Shown here: positions 24,692 through 34,385 of the stretch, one piece after another
Position numbering within the stretch: the stretch's first letter is position 1
Layout: every line of letters begins with the position of its first letter
Origin: Patescibacteria group bacterium
GTDB taxonomy: Bacteria > Patescibacteriota > Minisyncoccia > UBA6257 > HR35
Assembly: GCA_030549895.1 (NCBI GenBank)
Contig: JAUQQM010000004.1
Span: 1 to 47,462 of the forward strand
DNA length: 47,462 bases
Direction of reading: 5' to 3'
Position numbers and translations under genes: made by a program
The notes under the pieces: model-generated
Told to the model about the DNA's origin: nothing
Database searches by the model: none
The model's input: the letters and a program-made list of their open reading frames with translations, nothing else

Positions 24692-25162
24692 ATGGAGCAA
24701 AAAGTAAGTAATTTGGTTTTAGTTGAAAAAATTACTTTAAAAAACTTTAAACAAGACAAGACTCTCTTAAGTAAATTTGTTAATTACATCTATGATTATT
24801 TCTATAAATTTGAAAAAATCAAACTTCAAAAAAATGATATAAAAAAACAAGTGTTAAAAAAGATTACCGACAAAAACAATGTTTACTTTGCTATTAGAGA
24901 AAATGAAAAAACAGTCGGCCTCGTTCATCTTTACCTTAGTAAAAAATATATTGATTTATGCCTTATTTATATTGAAAAACAATATAGAGGAAAAGGGATA
25001 GGTAAGCAAGTTATTAACTATTTAAGAAGATATTTTAAAAAGTTATCAAAAAAAATTAAATACTTTAGAATTGAAATTGATAGTAAAAATTATTACTCTC
25101 AAGAATTTTTCAAAAAGCTAGGAGCAAAGGAAAAAAGCGTTATTTATCTTTTAAAAATTTAA
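24692..25162 (+). CDS. GNAT family acetyltransferase
   Basis: IYIEKQYRGKGIGK acetyl-CoA motif A; N..SQEFFKKLG motif B. Confidence 0.88.
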   Translation: MEQKVSNLVLVEKITLKNFKQDKTLLSKFVNYIYDYFYKFEKIKLQKNDIKKQVLKKITDKNNVYFAIRENEKTVGLVHLYLSKKYIDLCLIYIEKQYRGKGIGKQVINYLRRYFKKLSKKIKYFRIEIDSKNYYSQEFFKKLGAKEKSVIYLLKI

Positions 25163-25953
25163 AATATAAATTTACGAACTAAAAGTAAAATTAAGAAAAT
25201 TAACCCAAAAATTATTCTATAATAACCAAATAAAGACAAGTCATTTTTTTGGAGATATTTTAAAAACCACTTAATAGTTATTAAGGCAAAAATAAATGAA
25301 CTAATTATCCCTACAAGAAGGGAAATAAAATTTTCGGGGCTAAATATTGGTGTTTGAAGACTTGTTTTATATAAATCATAGATTCCCGCGCTAACTATTG
25401 TAGGGATAGCCAAAAGAAAAGAATAAATGACAGAATCCTCTCTTTTGAAGCCTAAAAATAACATACCTAAAATAACAGCTCCAGATCTAGAGACTCCAGG
25501 GATAATTGAAATTGCTTGAATTAGTCCAATAAGAATTGCCTGGAGCCAGCTCATTTGATTTATTGTTTTATAAATTACTAGTTTTCCTTTTTTAATTAAA
25601 ATTTCAACTCCTAAAAATATTATTCCTCCTAAGATTAACATTAGGATTATTATTAACTCACTTTCGAAAAGAAGATTTTTTACAATTTTATAAAAAATAA
25701 GCGAAACTAGAGCTGTTGGAATAAAGGAAAGAATTAAATTTTTAATTATTTTTTTGTTTGAGGTTAAAATTTTAAAATAACTTAAAAGGACTGCTAAAAT
25801 TGCACCAGATTGAATAAAAACTTCAAAAAATTTATGAAATTCTGTTTGGGGAATATTTAAAATTTTTGAAAATAAAATTAAATGAGCTGTCGAAGAAATT
25901 GGTAAAAATTCTGTAATACCCTCAATTAAACCAAGAAAAAAAGCTTTAAGCAT
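25159..25953 (-). CDS. uppP: undecaprenyl-diphosphate phosphatase
   Basis: GLIEGITEFLPISSTAHL, IQSGAILAV, PGVSRSG, SFLLAIP, FGYYRI. Confidence 0.96.
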   Translation of the reverse strand: MLKAFFLGLIEGITEFLPISSTAHLILFSKILNIPQTEFHKFFEVFIQSGAILAVLLSYFKILTSNKKIIKNLILSFIPTALVSLIFYKIVKNLLFESELIIILMLILGGIIFLGVEILIKKGKLVIYKTINQMSWLQAILIGLIQAISIIPGVSRSGAVILGMLFLGFKREDSVIYSFLLAIPTIVSAGIYDLYKTSLQTPIFSPENFISLLVGIISSFIFALITIKWFLKYLQKNDLSLFGYYRIIFGLIFLILLLVRKFIF

Positions 25954-26042
25954 ATATAATTATAAGCATTTTTTAAGATAATTTAAAAATGAGCAATTTT
26001 ATAGTGTTGATTTTTCAAAAATTAGGATTTATAATTATATAT

Positions 26043-26058
26043 TACCCGGGTATGGTAT
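26043..26058. promoter_or_regulatory. putative CsoR auto-operator overlapping the -10 box
   Basis: TACCCGGGTATGGTAT (TACC-N7-GGTA) running into TATAAT at 26056-26061. Confidence 0.6.
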
Positions 26059-26067
26059 AATTAATTT

Positions 26068-26334
26068 ATGGACAAAGAATTGAAAAGAAAAATTTTAAAA
26101 AGATTAAATATAGTAAAGGGACAATTAGAAGGATTAGGAAAAATGGTAGAAAATGAAAAATATTGTATTGATATTTTGATTCAATCAATGGCAATAAAAA
26201 ATGCTCTATCGGGGATTGAGGATTTAATTTTAGAAAATCATTTTCGAACTCATGTTCCAAAACAATTTAAAAATAAAAAAGAAATTGCCATTAAAGAATT
26301 ATTAAAAATTTTCAAATTAGCAAAAAGAAAATGA
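26068..26334 (+). CDS. csoR: CsoR/RcnR family metal-sensing repressor
   Basis: RLNIVKGQLEGL.KMVE..KYCIDILIQS.A...AL......LENH..THV. Confidence 0.88.
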   Translation: MDKELKRKILKRLNIVKGQLEGLGKMVENEKYCIDILIQSMAIKNALSGIEDLILENHFRTHVPKQFKNKKEIAIKELLKIFKLAKRK

Positions 26335-26882
26335 AAAAGCTTTTAATTATTATTTTATTATTTTTTGCCGTTGTTTCTTTTGCTTTTGCTCACAGTGAAG
26401 ATGCTGAATTGAATGCTGAAATTCAAAAAGGAAGGGAACTCTTTGAAAAATTACAGCAAGGAAAAATTACCTGTCAAGATTTAACTAATGAAGATTTTCA
26501 TTCAATTGGTGAATATGCTATGGAACTTATGGTTGGTGGAAGTGATCATCTTTTAATGAATCAGATGATGGAAAGAATGCATGGTAAAGAAGCTGAAGAA
26601 CAGATGCATATAAATATGGGGAAAAGATTTAGTGGTTGTGAAACTGGTTATAATAAGTCGAATTGGATGATGGGACCAATGATGAATATGCCGATGATGG
26701 GTTATTGGGGATGGTGGAATTTTTCTAATTGGAAAGGTTGGAGTATTTTTGCTCCTATTTTTGCGATTGTTGGTGTTTTTTGGATGTTAATTGTTTTAAT
26801 TTTCCCAATACTTATTTTAGTTTTATTCATTTTGGGAATAATTTATTTAATCAAAAGATTAAAAGAAGGAATTAATAAATAA
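26331..26882 (+). CDS. exported/membrane Met- and His-rich protein
   Basis: Signal peptide ending AFA-H, HLLMNQMMERMHG...QMHINMG, MMGPMMNMPMMG, C-terminal TM. Confidence 0.75.
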   Translation: MKKLLIIILLFFAVVSFAFAHSEDAELNAEIQKGRELFEKLQQGKITCQDLTNEDFHSIGEYAMELMVGGSDHLLMNQMMERMHGKEAEEQMHINMGKRFSGCETGYNKSNWMMGPMMNMPMMGYWGWWNFSNWKGWSIFAPIFAIVGVFWMLIVLIFPILILVLFILGIIYLIKRLKEGINK

Positions 26883-26883
26883 A

Positions 26884-27972
26884 ATGGTAAAGAAAATTCA
26901 AAAGGAAAATAAAAATTATTATCAATGTGAAATTTGTGGCTATTATTATGAAAGTGAAGGATTAGCAAAAGAGTGTGAAAAGTGGTGTCAAGAGTGCAAA
27001 AGCTGTAATTTAGAGATTATAAAACAAAGCATTGGTAGGGAAGAGATTGAAAAACGAAAAGTATTTAATTTTGGTTCGTTGGTTTTGGGGGTTTTGCTTG
27101 GTGGTCTAATTGGTAGTTCAGCAGTTTTTTTGATGAATTATAAATTAGAAAGCAATAAGCAAACTTCGCTTTCTTTTGTTCAGCAAGTGGTGGCGAATGT
27201 TTTACCAAGAGAGGGATTTAAAACAAAATTAGTTTTGGGTGATGCTGTTAAAAAAATGGTTGATTGTGGGGTAATTGATTTAGAAAAAATGAAGAAAATT
27301 TATAATGGGCAAATTCCTGAATATTTTCAAAAATTAATTAATGGTTATTATGAGCCTTTAGTTATTGATCAAGAAACAGCTAATTACCTTTTAAATATTT
27401 TTTGGCCTTTGGGACTTTCAAACAAAACTGAATTTAATAAAAATATTCCTTTTACTGAGAAAGATTTACCTTATTTAGCTTCAACTGGTGGTTGGTGGTT
27501 AGGTAAGAAAGATAATGGAGCTGAATATTTTAATAAATGTGAAATTATAAAATTAACTCCTAAGCAAGAGGAAATTGTTTATGAAGTAGCTCAAAATACT
27601 TTTAGGCCTTGTTGTGATAATTCAACTTTTGCTCAAGATTGTAATCATGGTTCAGCTTTACTTGGAGCTTTAGAACTTGCAGCCAGTCAAGGATATTCAA
27701 AAGATGAACTTTATAAATTGGCTCTTCAGTTAAATTCTTTTTGGTTTCCTCAAAATTATGTTAAGATTGCTTTATATAAAAAGTTAGTTGAAAATACCGA
27801 CTGGCCAATTCATGCTGGTTCGCGAGAAAGTTCGCAAGAGTTAGCATTAATAAAAGAAATTATGTCAGTTAAATATTCTTCAATTTCGGGTTATCTTCAA
27901 AACGTCGAACAAAAATTAGCAAAATTAAATCTGCCAGAATTTCAGTCATCTGGCGGAAGTTGTGGATTATAA
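26884..27972 (+). CDS. uncharacterised Cys-rich membrane-anchored protein
   Basis: N-terminal CEICG...C..C..C..C, one TM, RPCC...DCNHG, C-terminal GGSCGL; carries an in-frame GTTCGC array. Confidence 0.75.
   Translation: MVKKIQKENKNYYQCEICGYYYESEGLAKECEKWCQECKSCNLEIIKQSIGREEIEKRKVFNFGSLVLGVLLGGLIGSSAVFLMNYKLESNKQTSLSFVQQVVANVLPREGFKTKLVLGDAVKKMVDCGVIDLEKMKKIYNGQIPEYFQKLINGYYEPLVIDQETANYLLNIFWPLGLSNKTEFNKNIPFTEKDLPYLASTGGWWLGKKDNGAEYFNKCEIIKLTPKQEEIVYEVAQNTFRPCCDNSTFAQDCNHGSALLGALELAASQGYSKDELYKLALQLNSFWFPQNYVKIALYKKLVENTDWPIHAGSRESSQELALIKEIMSVKYSSISGYLQNVEQKLAKLNLPEFQSSGGSCGL
27817..27846 (+). repeat. GTTCGC array, in frame (GSRESSQELA)
   Basis: gGTTCGCgagaaaGTTCGCaagagttagca; 24 nt identical to part of the 17237-17267 array. 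Confidence 0.85.
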
Positions 27973-27974
27973 AA

Positions 27975-28454
27975 ATGAAAAACAAAAGTATAATTTTAGG
28001 GTTAATAATAGGTTTTCTTTTAGTAGGGTCATTTGTTGTTTTAGTAAAAAATCAATCTTCAAAACAAACTAAATTTTCTGGTATGCTAGTAACTCTTTAT
28101 AAATCACCGACTTGTGATTGTTGTGCCCAATACGCAAATTATTTAAAAGCAAATGGCTTTAAAATTGAAGTTAGAAAAGTTTCTGATCAAGAACTTGAAA
28201 ATATTAAGAGGCAAAATAATATTCCTTATAATTTATGGTCTTGTCATACAGTTTTTTTAAATAATTATTTTGTTGAAGGTCATGTTCCAGTTGAGGCAAT
28301 TGAAAAACTTTTAACTGAAAAACCAGAAATTAATGGTATTGCTCTTCCAGGAATGCCTTCTGGCTCCCCTGGGATGCCAGGAATTAAATTTTATCCATTT
28401 AAAATTCATTCAGTCAAAGACGGTAAATATTTAGGAATTTTTATTCAAATCTAA
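27975..28454 (+). CDS. DUF411 (CopG-like) metal-binding protein
   Basis: YKSPTCDCC, SCHT, VEGHVP, ALPGMPSGSPGM. Confidence 0.9.
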   Translation: MKNKSIILGLIIGFLLVGSFVVLVKNQSSKQTKFSGMLVTLYKSPTCDCCAQYANYLKANGFKIEVRKVSDQELENIKRQNNIPYNLWSCHTVFLNNYFVEGHVPVEAIEKLLTEKPEINGIALPGMPSGSPGMPGIKFYPFKIHSVKDGKYLGIFIQI

Positions 28455-28464
28455 CTTAGAGAAA

Positions 28465-28986
28465 ATGAAATTATTTTTAATTTTAATATTTACTATAACT
28501 CTACCTTTCGAAGTTATTTTTGCTCATTGTCCTTTATGTACTGCAGGTGCAGGTATTGGAGCTCTTTTAGCTAAGCAAATTGGAATGAAACCTTCAGTGA
28601 TAGGAATTTGGATAGGGTCTTTTTCTGTTGCTCTTGGAATATGGATTTTTAATATTTTACGTGTTAGCACTTTAGCTAATTTTGTAAAAATTTTCCTTAT
28701 TTTAGTTTCATTTCTTTCAATCGTGCTCCCTTTAAAAACTTATTTTTATGAAATTGGCTCTTTCTATCTTTATCTTTTTGGAGATTATGGAAGTTTATTT
28801 AACAGGACATATGTATATGATAAATTTTTGGCTAGTTCAATATTGGGCGGAGTTGTAATTTTAACTTCTCCTTTAATTAGTAAGATAATTACTAAATTAA
28901 GAAAAGGAAAAACTTTTGCTTTTCAGGGCCTTATCTTAACATTTTTGATTCTTGTTTTATTTAGTATTTTCTTTCAGTTTTTATAA
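28465..28986 (+). CDS. membrane protein with HCPLC motif
   Basis: Signal/TM, then AHCPLCT; multiple TMs. Confidence 0.7.
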   Translation: MKLFLILIFTITLPFEVIFAHCPLCTAGAGIGALLAKQIGMKPSVIGIWIGSFSVALGIWIFNILRVSTLANFVKIFLILVSFLSIVLPLKTYFYEIGSFYLYLFGDYGSLFNRTYVYDKFLASSILGGVVILTSPLISKIITKLRKGKTFAFQGLILTFLILVLFSIFFQFL

Positions 28987-28988
28987 AA

Positions 28989-29414
28989 ATGGTAAAAGAA
29001 GTGTTTATACTTTTACTAGTGAATGTATTTTTTTACCTAATTTTTACATTTTTCAGTAATTTTAGAAATAAATATTTTTGTACAGTTTGTGCTTCGGTCT
29101 TTAGTACTTGGCTTTTATTTTTGATTTTAAATTACTTTGGATACTTTACTAATAAGGTAATTTTAGCTATCTTAATTGGAGCAAGCGCAAGTGGAGTTTT
29201 TAATCTTTTAAAGGAAAAATTAGGTCTTTTCAAATTTCCATTCATTTTAACTTTATTTTATTTTGGCTATTTTCTTTTAACAAGAGAGTTAGATTTTTAT
29301 AACGTAGCAATTTTAATTTTTCTTTGGCTAGTGTTTTTAATTTTATTTTTTGTCTATAAAAAACAAAATTTTAAATATTTTTTAAAAATATTAGATTGCT
29401 GTAAGAATTGGTAA
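28989..29414 (+). CDS. membrane protein with CxxC and C-terminal CC
   Basis: FCTVCASV; ILDCCKNW; multiple TMs. Confidence 0.7.
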   Translation: MVKEVFILLLVNVFFYLIFTFFSNFRNKYFCTVCASVFSTWLLFLILNYFGYFTNKVILAILIGASASGVFNLLKEKLGLFKFPFILTLFYFGYFLLTRELDFYNVAILIFLWLVFLILFFVYKKQNFKYFLKILDCCKNW

Positions 29415-29438
29415 GTTATTTGAGTTATAATTTTTAAT

Positions 29439-30707
29439 ATGGGAATTTTTGATAACACTCTTAAAAAACTAGAAAAAGCAAAGGAAATTTTAAAAAATCT
29501 CGAGGGACAGAAAGTTGAGGAGGTGTTTGAAATTTTAAAAAGTCCTCAAAGAGTTATAACGGTTACTCTTCCCTTAAAACGAGATGATGGTAAATTAGAA
29601 TTTTATAAAGGCTATAGAATTGAACATAATAATTTCTTGGGGCCATATAAAGGTGGAATCAGATATTCTCTCTATGTTGATGAAGATGAAATAAAAACTT
29701 TAGCTTTATTAATGACTCTTAAATGTGCTTTAATCGGCTTACCATTGGGAGGAGCTAAAGGTGGGGTAAATGTTGATCCAAAAAGTCTTTCAGAGGGAGA
29801 ACTAGAAAGACTTTCAAGAGAATATGTTAGAAAGATTTATGATTTTATTGGGCCAGAAAAAGATATTCCAGCACCTGATGTTGGGACAAATTCTAAAATA
29901 ATGGATTGGATGGTTGATGAGTATCTAAAAATTAGCAAAAAGAAAGATATATATTTGTTAGCTAGTTTTACAGGGAAATCAGTTCAAAATCACGGCCTTG
30001 AGGGTAGAGAAGAAGCAACTGGTAAGGGTGGGGAAATAATTTTAGAGTTTTTGACTAAAAAATTGAACTTTAAAGAACCTCTTAAAATTGCAGTTCAAGG
30101 TTTTGGGAATGTTGGTTATAACGTAGCTAAATTTTTATTTGAAAAAGGTCACAAAATTGTTGCTCTTTCTGATAGTAAGGGTGGAATATACTGCCAAGAT
30201 GGTTTTGATCCAACATTAGTGATGAAATGGAAAGAAGAAAGAGGATCAATTAGTGATTATTTAAAAGAAAATATTAATGATTCAAAATCAAAAATCAAGA
30301 TAACCAACGAAGAAATTTTAGAACTAGAAGTTGATGTCTTAATTCCTGCGGCTATTGAAAATGTAATTAATCAAGATAATGCTAATAAAATAAAAGCTAA
30401 GATAATTTTAGAAATGGCCAATAACCCAACAACAAATGAGGCTCAAAAAATTCTAGAATCAAGAAAAATAATTGTTATTCCTGATATCCTCGCTAATTCT
30501 GGTGGTGTGGTAGCTTCTTATTTTGAAATGCTTCAAAATATTAAAAATGAAAAATGGACAAAAGGAAGAGTATTTTCTGAATTGAAAGATTATTTATTTA
30601 AAGCATTTGAGGAAGTTTGGTACTATTTTGAAAAATTTAATCTTAGTCTTAGAGATAGTGCTTTTACGATTGCTCTAAAAAGAATCAGCCAAGCTTATCA
30701 ACTATGA
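29439..30707 (+). CDS. gdhA: Glu/Leu/Phe/Val dehydrogenase (glutamate dehydrogenase)
   Basis: GPYKGGIRY, GGAKGG, DIPAPDVGT, QGFGNVG, PDILANSGGV. Confidence 0.93.
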   Translation: MGIFDNTLKKLEKAKEILKNLEGQKVEEVFEILKSPQRVITVTLPLKRDDGKLEFYKGYRIEHNNFLGPYKGGIRYSLYVDEDEIKTLALLMTLKCALIGLPLGGAKGGVNVDPKSLSEGELERLSREYVRKIYDFIGPEKDIPAPDVGTNSKIMDWMVDEYLKISKKKDIYLLASFTGKSVQNHGLEGREEATGKGGEIILEFLTKKLNFKEPLKIAVQGFGNVGYNVAKFLFEKGHKIVALSDSKGGIYCQDGFDPTLVMKWKEERGSISDYLKENINDSKSKIKITNEEILELEVDVLIPAAIENVINQDNANKIKAKIILEMANNPTTNEAQKILESRKIIVIPDILANSGGVVASYFEMLQNIKNEKWTKGRVFSELKDYLFKAFEEVWYYFEKFNLSLRDSAFTIALKRISQAYQL

Positions 30708-31360
30708 AGCAAAGTAAAAAAATCTTAAGAAAGAAGATTTTTAAGCTTGTCAATAAAGAGCTAAAAAAGATTTATCCTCAAATAAAAATAGCTTTAAATT
30801 TTTCTAATCAATGGGAACTTTTGGTAGCAACAATTCTTTCAGCTCAGACTACTGATAAAAAAGTAAATGAAATTACCGAAAAGCTTTTCAAAAAATACAA
30901 AACTTTAGATGATTACTTAAAGGCTGATCTTAAAGAGTTTGAAAAAGATATTAAAGGAGTAAACTATCATAAAAATAAAGCTAGGTTTATTTTAGAGGAT
31001 GCTAAAATAATAAAAGAAAAATTTAATGGGAGGGTTCCTAACAAATTAGAAGAGCTTTTAGAGCTTAAAGGAGTTGCTAGGAAAACAGCAAACATAGTTC
31101 TTTCTGTTGGCTATAACATTTATGAAGGTATTCCAGTTGATACTCATGTTAGAAGATTAAGTCAAGTTTTAAAACTTACTGATGAAAAAAAGCCTGAAAA
31201 AATAGAAAAAGATCTAATGGAAATAATTCCTAAAGGGAAAGAGTGGATAGAATTTCCTTTAAGATTAATTCAATACGGAAGAGATTTTTGTCCAGCTAAA
31301 AAACATAATCATGAAAAATGCCCCCTTACAAAGCTCTTAAAGAAAATAGGCGTGAAATAA
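30704..31360 (+). CDS. nth: endonuclease III
   Basis: LLVATILSAQTTD, HhH LKGVARKTAN, VDTHV.RL; reduced Fe-S motif. Confidence 0.93.
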   Translation: MKQSKKILRKKIFKLVNKELKKIYPQIKIALNFSNQWELLVATILSAQTTDKKVNEITEKLFKKYKTLDDYLKADLKEFEKDIKGVNYHKNKARFILEDAKIIKEKFNGRVPNKLEELLELKGVARKTANIVLSVGYNIYEGIPVDTHVRRLSQVLKLTDEKKPEKIEKDLMEIIPKGKEWIEFPLRLIQYGRDFCPAKKHNHEKCPLTKLLKKIGVK

Positions 31361-31361
31361 T

Positions 31362-31553
31362 ATGAGTAATTTTCTTATTATTGCAGGAGTTTTTCTAATT
31401 TTAGTAGGCGTTCTTTTAAAATTTAAATTTCTCTTGCCAGGGGATATTTTAATTAAAAAAGAGGGGTTTATTTTTTACTTTCCAATTGCAAGTTCTCTAG
31501 TTGTAAGCATAATTCTTACTTTAATTTTTTGGATAATAAGCAAAATTAAATAG
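31362..31553 (+). CDS. DUF2905-like small membrane protein
   Basis: LPGDI.I....F.FYFPIASS..VSIILT. Confidence 0.85.
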   Translation: MSNFLIIAGVFLILVGVLLKFKFLLPGDILIKKEGFIFYFPIASSLVVSIILTLIFWIISKIK

Positions 31554-31573
31554 GGATGTGATATAATTTAAAA

Positions 31574-32131
31574 ATGTTAAATTATCCCGATTTTAACTTT
31601 TTAGATGAAAAAATTCTTTCTTTAATCAAAATATTAATAATTTTTTTAATAGCTTATTTTTTAATTCCTTTAGCAATTTCGTTAATTTTTAGAACAACAT
31701 ATAAACTAAATCAGAGATTGATGAAATTTCAAAAAGAAAGGCTTCATACAATTGAAAAAACTATAAAACTGATGGTAAAATTTATATTAATTTTTATTTT
31801 CATTTTTGCAATTCTTAACTATTTAAAAATTAAAATCACAGCAATCTTAACTGGTACTGGGATTGTTGGTGGTGCATTAATTTTAATTTTTCAAAATAGC
31901 TTAAGAGATTTATTTACTGGATGGATTTTTGTTTTCGAGGATGTTTTTAGAAAAGATGAAAACGTTCTTATAAATAATTCTTTTAAAGGGAAAGTTATAG
32001 ATTTAACTATACGCTACTTAATTTTGGAGACTGAAGATGGTTCAATTTTATACATACCATTTAGTAAGATAGATTTTATTCAAAATCTATCTAGAAAGAA
32101 AGAATCAAACAATGATAGAGGAACTTTATGA
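31574..32131 (+). CDS. MscS-family mechanosensitive channel (short)
   Basis: Three TMs, Q.SLRDLFTG.....ED.F, G.V..L.IR, IPFS.I..IQN.S. Confidence 0.8.
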   Translation: MLNYPDFNFLDEKILSLIKILIIFLIAYFLIPLAISLIFRTTYKLNQRLMKFQKERLHTIEKTIKLMVKFILIFIFIFAILNYLKIKITAILTGTGIVGGALILIFQNSLRDLFTGWIFVFEDVFRKDENVLINNSFKGKVIDLTIRYLILETEDGSILYIPFSKIDFIQNLSRKKESNNDRGTL

Positions 32132-32975
32132 TGAAAAATTGAAAATTTTAGAAGAAAAAGCAAACGAAATAAGAAGGTTAATTATAGAAATGTTATTTGA
32201 AGCTGGTTCAGGCCATTCAGCTGGACCACTTGGAATGGCTGATATTTTTTCTGCTTTATATTTTCATATTTTGCGTCATGATCCTAAAAATCCAAATTGG
32301 CAAGATCGAGATAGGCTAGTTTTGTCTAACGGTCATATTTGTCCTGTTCAATATGCAGCTATGGCTCTAGCTGGTTATTTTCCGAAAGAAGAACTTAAAA
32401 CTTTAAGAAAAATAAATAGTCGACTTCAAGGTCATCCTCACCGAACCAGTCTTCCTGGAATTGAAAATACTTCAGGCCCCTTAGGTGAAGGAATATCGCA
32501 AGCAATAGGAATGGCAATTGCCGCAAAACTTGATAAAAAAGGTTATCATATTTACTGCATAACTTCTGATGGTGAGCATCAAGAAGGGAATATTTGGGAA
32601 GCTTATATGTTTTTAGGTAAAAATCAACTTGAGAATTTAACTATTATTATCGACCGAAATTATATTCAAATTGATGGTTTTACTGAAGATGTAATGCCCC
32701 TTGAACCATTAAAGCAGAAATTAGAATCTTTTGGTCTTCATGTCTTAGAAGTTGACGGGCACAATATAAGAGCTTTTGTAGACGCTGTTAGAGAAGCAAG
32801 ATCAGAATGGAAAAGAACATCAGTAATTATTGCTTATACAATTCCAGGTAAGGGAGTTAGTTTTATGGAAAAAAAATTTGAATGGCATGGAAAGCCACCA
32901 AATAAAGAAGAAGCAAAAAAAGCAATTGACGAACTTAGAACTTTAGGTGGTAAAATTATTAGTGAGCATCAATAA
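32112..32975 (+). CDS. transketolase, N-terminal subunit
   Basis: AGSGH, RDRLVLSNGH, LQGHP, SDGEHQEG..WEA, GKGV...WHG. Confidence 0.95.
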   Translation: MIEELYDEKLKILEEKANEIRRLIIEMLFEAGSGHSAGPLGMADIFSALYFHILRHDPKNPNWQDRDRLVLSNGHICPVQYAAMALAGYFPKEELKTLRKINSRLQGHPHRTSLPGIENTSGPLGEGISQAIGMAIAAKLDKKGYHIYCITSDGEHQEGNIWEAYMFLGKNQLENLTIIIDRNYIQIDGFTEDVMPLEPLKQKLESFGLHVLEVDGHNIRAFVDAVREARSEWKRTSVIIAYTIPGKGVSFMEKKFEWHGKPPNKEEAKKAIDELRTLGGKIISEHQ

Positions 32976-33023
32976 ATTAAGTTTTGCTAATTGCAAACAA
33001 ATTTTTTTAAATATAATTTAAAT

Positions 33024-34385
33024 ATGGGGAAAGAATTTTTTAAAAAAGTATTAATCATAATTTTTATTTTCGCTATTTTTAATTCAACTCTTGCCCAGAC
33101 ACAACAAATTCAAATAGATTCTAAGCTTTTAATCAAGCTTATTGAATTGTTAAAAAATTTAATTCCAACAACATCTCCTTCGATAGCTACCCCATCACCT
33201 CAACAAGTTGAAGTAAAAATTACTCCCTCTAAAAGTGATTCTTTTTCAGTAGAAAAACAAGCTACTCAAGAAGTTATAAAATTATCCTTACCTGATGAAA
33301 ATAGAGAAGATGATATTATTGTTCAGCTAAATAATCTAAAAATAACAAAAATTATCTATCCAAATGAACTTTCAGTTTCAGACGCTCAAGCAATTTTCTT
33401 AGTGACTCCAGGTCATGATTGGAGTTGTATAAGGTATGAAAGTGAAAAAAGTAATAAAAAAATGAATTGTGACTCAAATTTAGATAAAACAATTCCTCAA
33501 AAAGAATTAGCGATAAAAATCAAAGATGATACTATTTTACTTAAAAAAAATAGGCAAAGAGCAAGACTAGAAAATTTTTGGGAAGAAGATAAGATAAATG
33601 TCTATGGCTTTATGGATATGGATAATTACGGAATAGAAGCTTTAATTGTAAGAAGAATTAATGAAGGTAAGTTTAAAGTTCTTTCACCTAATGGTGGCGA
33701 GGTATGGAAAGTTGGAAATGTATACACAATAAAATGGGATGGTTCAAAATTTCCTAAGGATGCTAAAATACAGATAGGTTTATATAATGTTAAATTTCCA
33801 ACTGAGGCTGGCTCATATTCTGAAGTAACTATTGCTGATAACATACTTAATACAGGAAGTTATCAATGGAAAGTTGCTACAAGCGGATTTGTTTGGGGAG
33901 GAACTATAAAACCTGATTTACCTAATAAATTCAGTTATAAAATTAAAATTTATGTTAAAAATGGACTAGGATTTGATGAATCTGACGCTCCTTTTAGTAT
34001 TATTGCTGATCAAATTGTTACTGGTCAAGATGAAAATCTTTTTCTTGGTTGGTATGAACATAAATTTGGTAAAATAAAATTTAAGTATCCACCAGATTGG
34101 AAGGTTGAAGAAGAATATTATACAACTCCTGCTCAAGAAGCTGAAGGTATACCTCCCCAAGTTATAGGTTTAAAAGTATATCCTAAAAATTTACCACCAG
34201 GTGCTAATGTTTTTGATTACACTATCTTTTTTGGTGGTAGACAAATTGATTGTCGAGTTCATTCTCAATATACAACTAAGTGTTTTACCATTTCCTCTTT
34301 TAATCCAGTATATACCTATAGTAAAGATCCTAAAGTTCTTGAAATATTTGATTTAATAGTTAAAAGTATAACTTATGAAGAATAA
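33024..34385 (+). CDS. exported multidomain protein (Ig-like SPNGGE domain + PsbP-like C-terminus)
   Basis: Signal peptide; VLSPNGGEVW..G..YTIKW...NTGSYQW...DESDAPFSI; FKYPPDW...IFDLIVKSI. ATG at 33024 preferred over TTG at 32991. Confidence 0.7.
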   Translation: MGKEFFKKVLIIIFIFAIFNSTLAQTQQIQIDSKLLIKLIELLKNLIPTTSPSIATPSPQQVEVKITPSKSDSFSVEKQATQEVIKLSLPDENREDDIIVQLNNLKITKIIYPNELSVSDAQAIFLVTPGHDWSCIRYESEKSNKKMNCDSNLDKTIPQKELAIKIKDDTILLKKNRQRARLENFWEEDKINVYGFMDMDNYGIEALIVRRINEGKFKVLSPNGGEVWKVGNVYTIKWDGSKFPKDAKIQIGLYNVKFPTEAGSYSEVTIADNILNTGSYQWKVATSGFVWGGTIKPDLPNKFSYKIKIYVKNGLGFDESDAPFSIIADQIVTGQDENLFLGWYEHKFGKIKFKYPPDWKVEEEYYTTPAQEAEGIPPQVIGLKVYPKNLPPGANVFDYTIFFGGRQIDCRVHSQYTTKCFTISSFNPVYTYSKDPKVLEIFDLIVKSITYEE

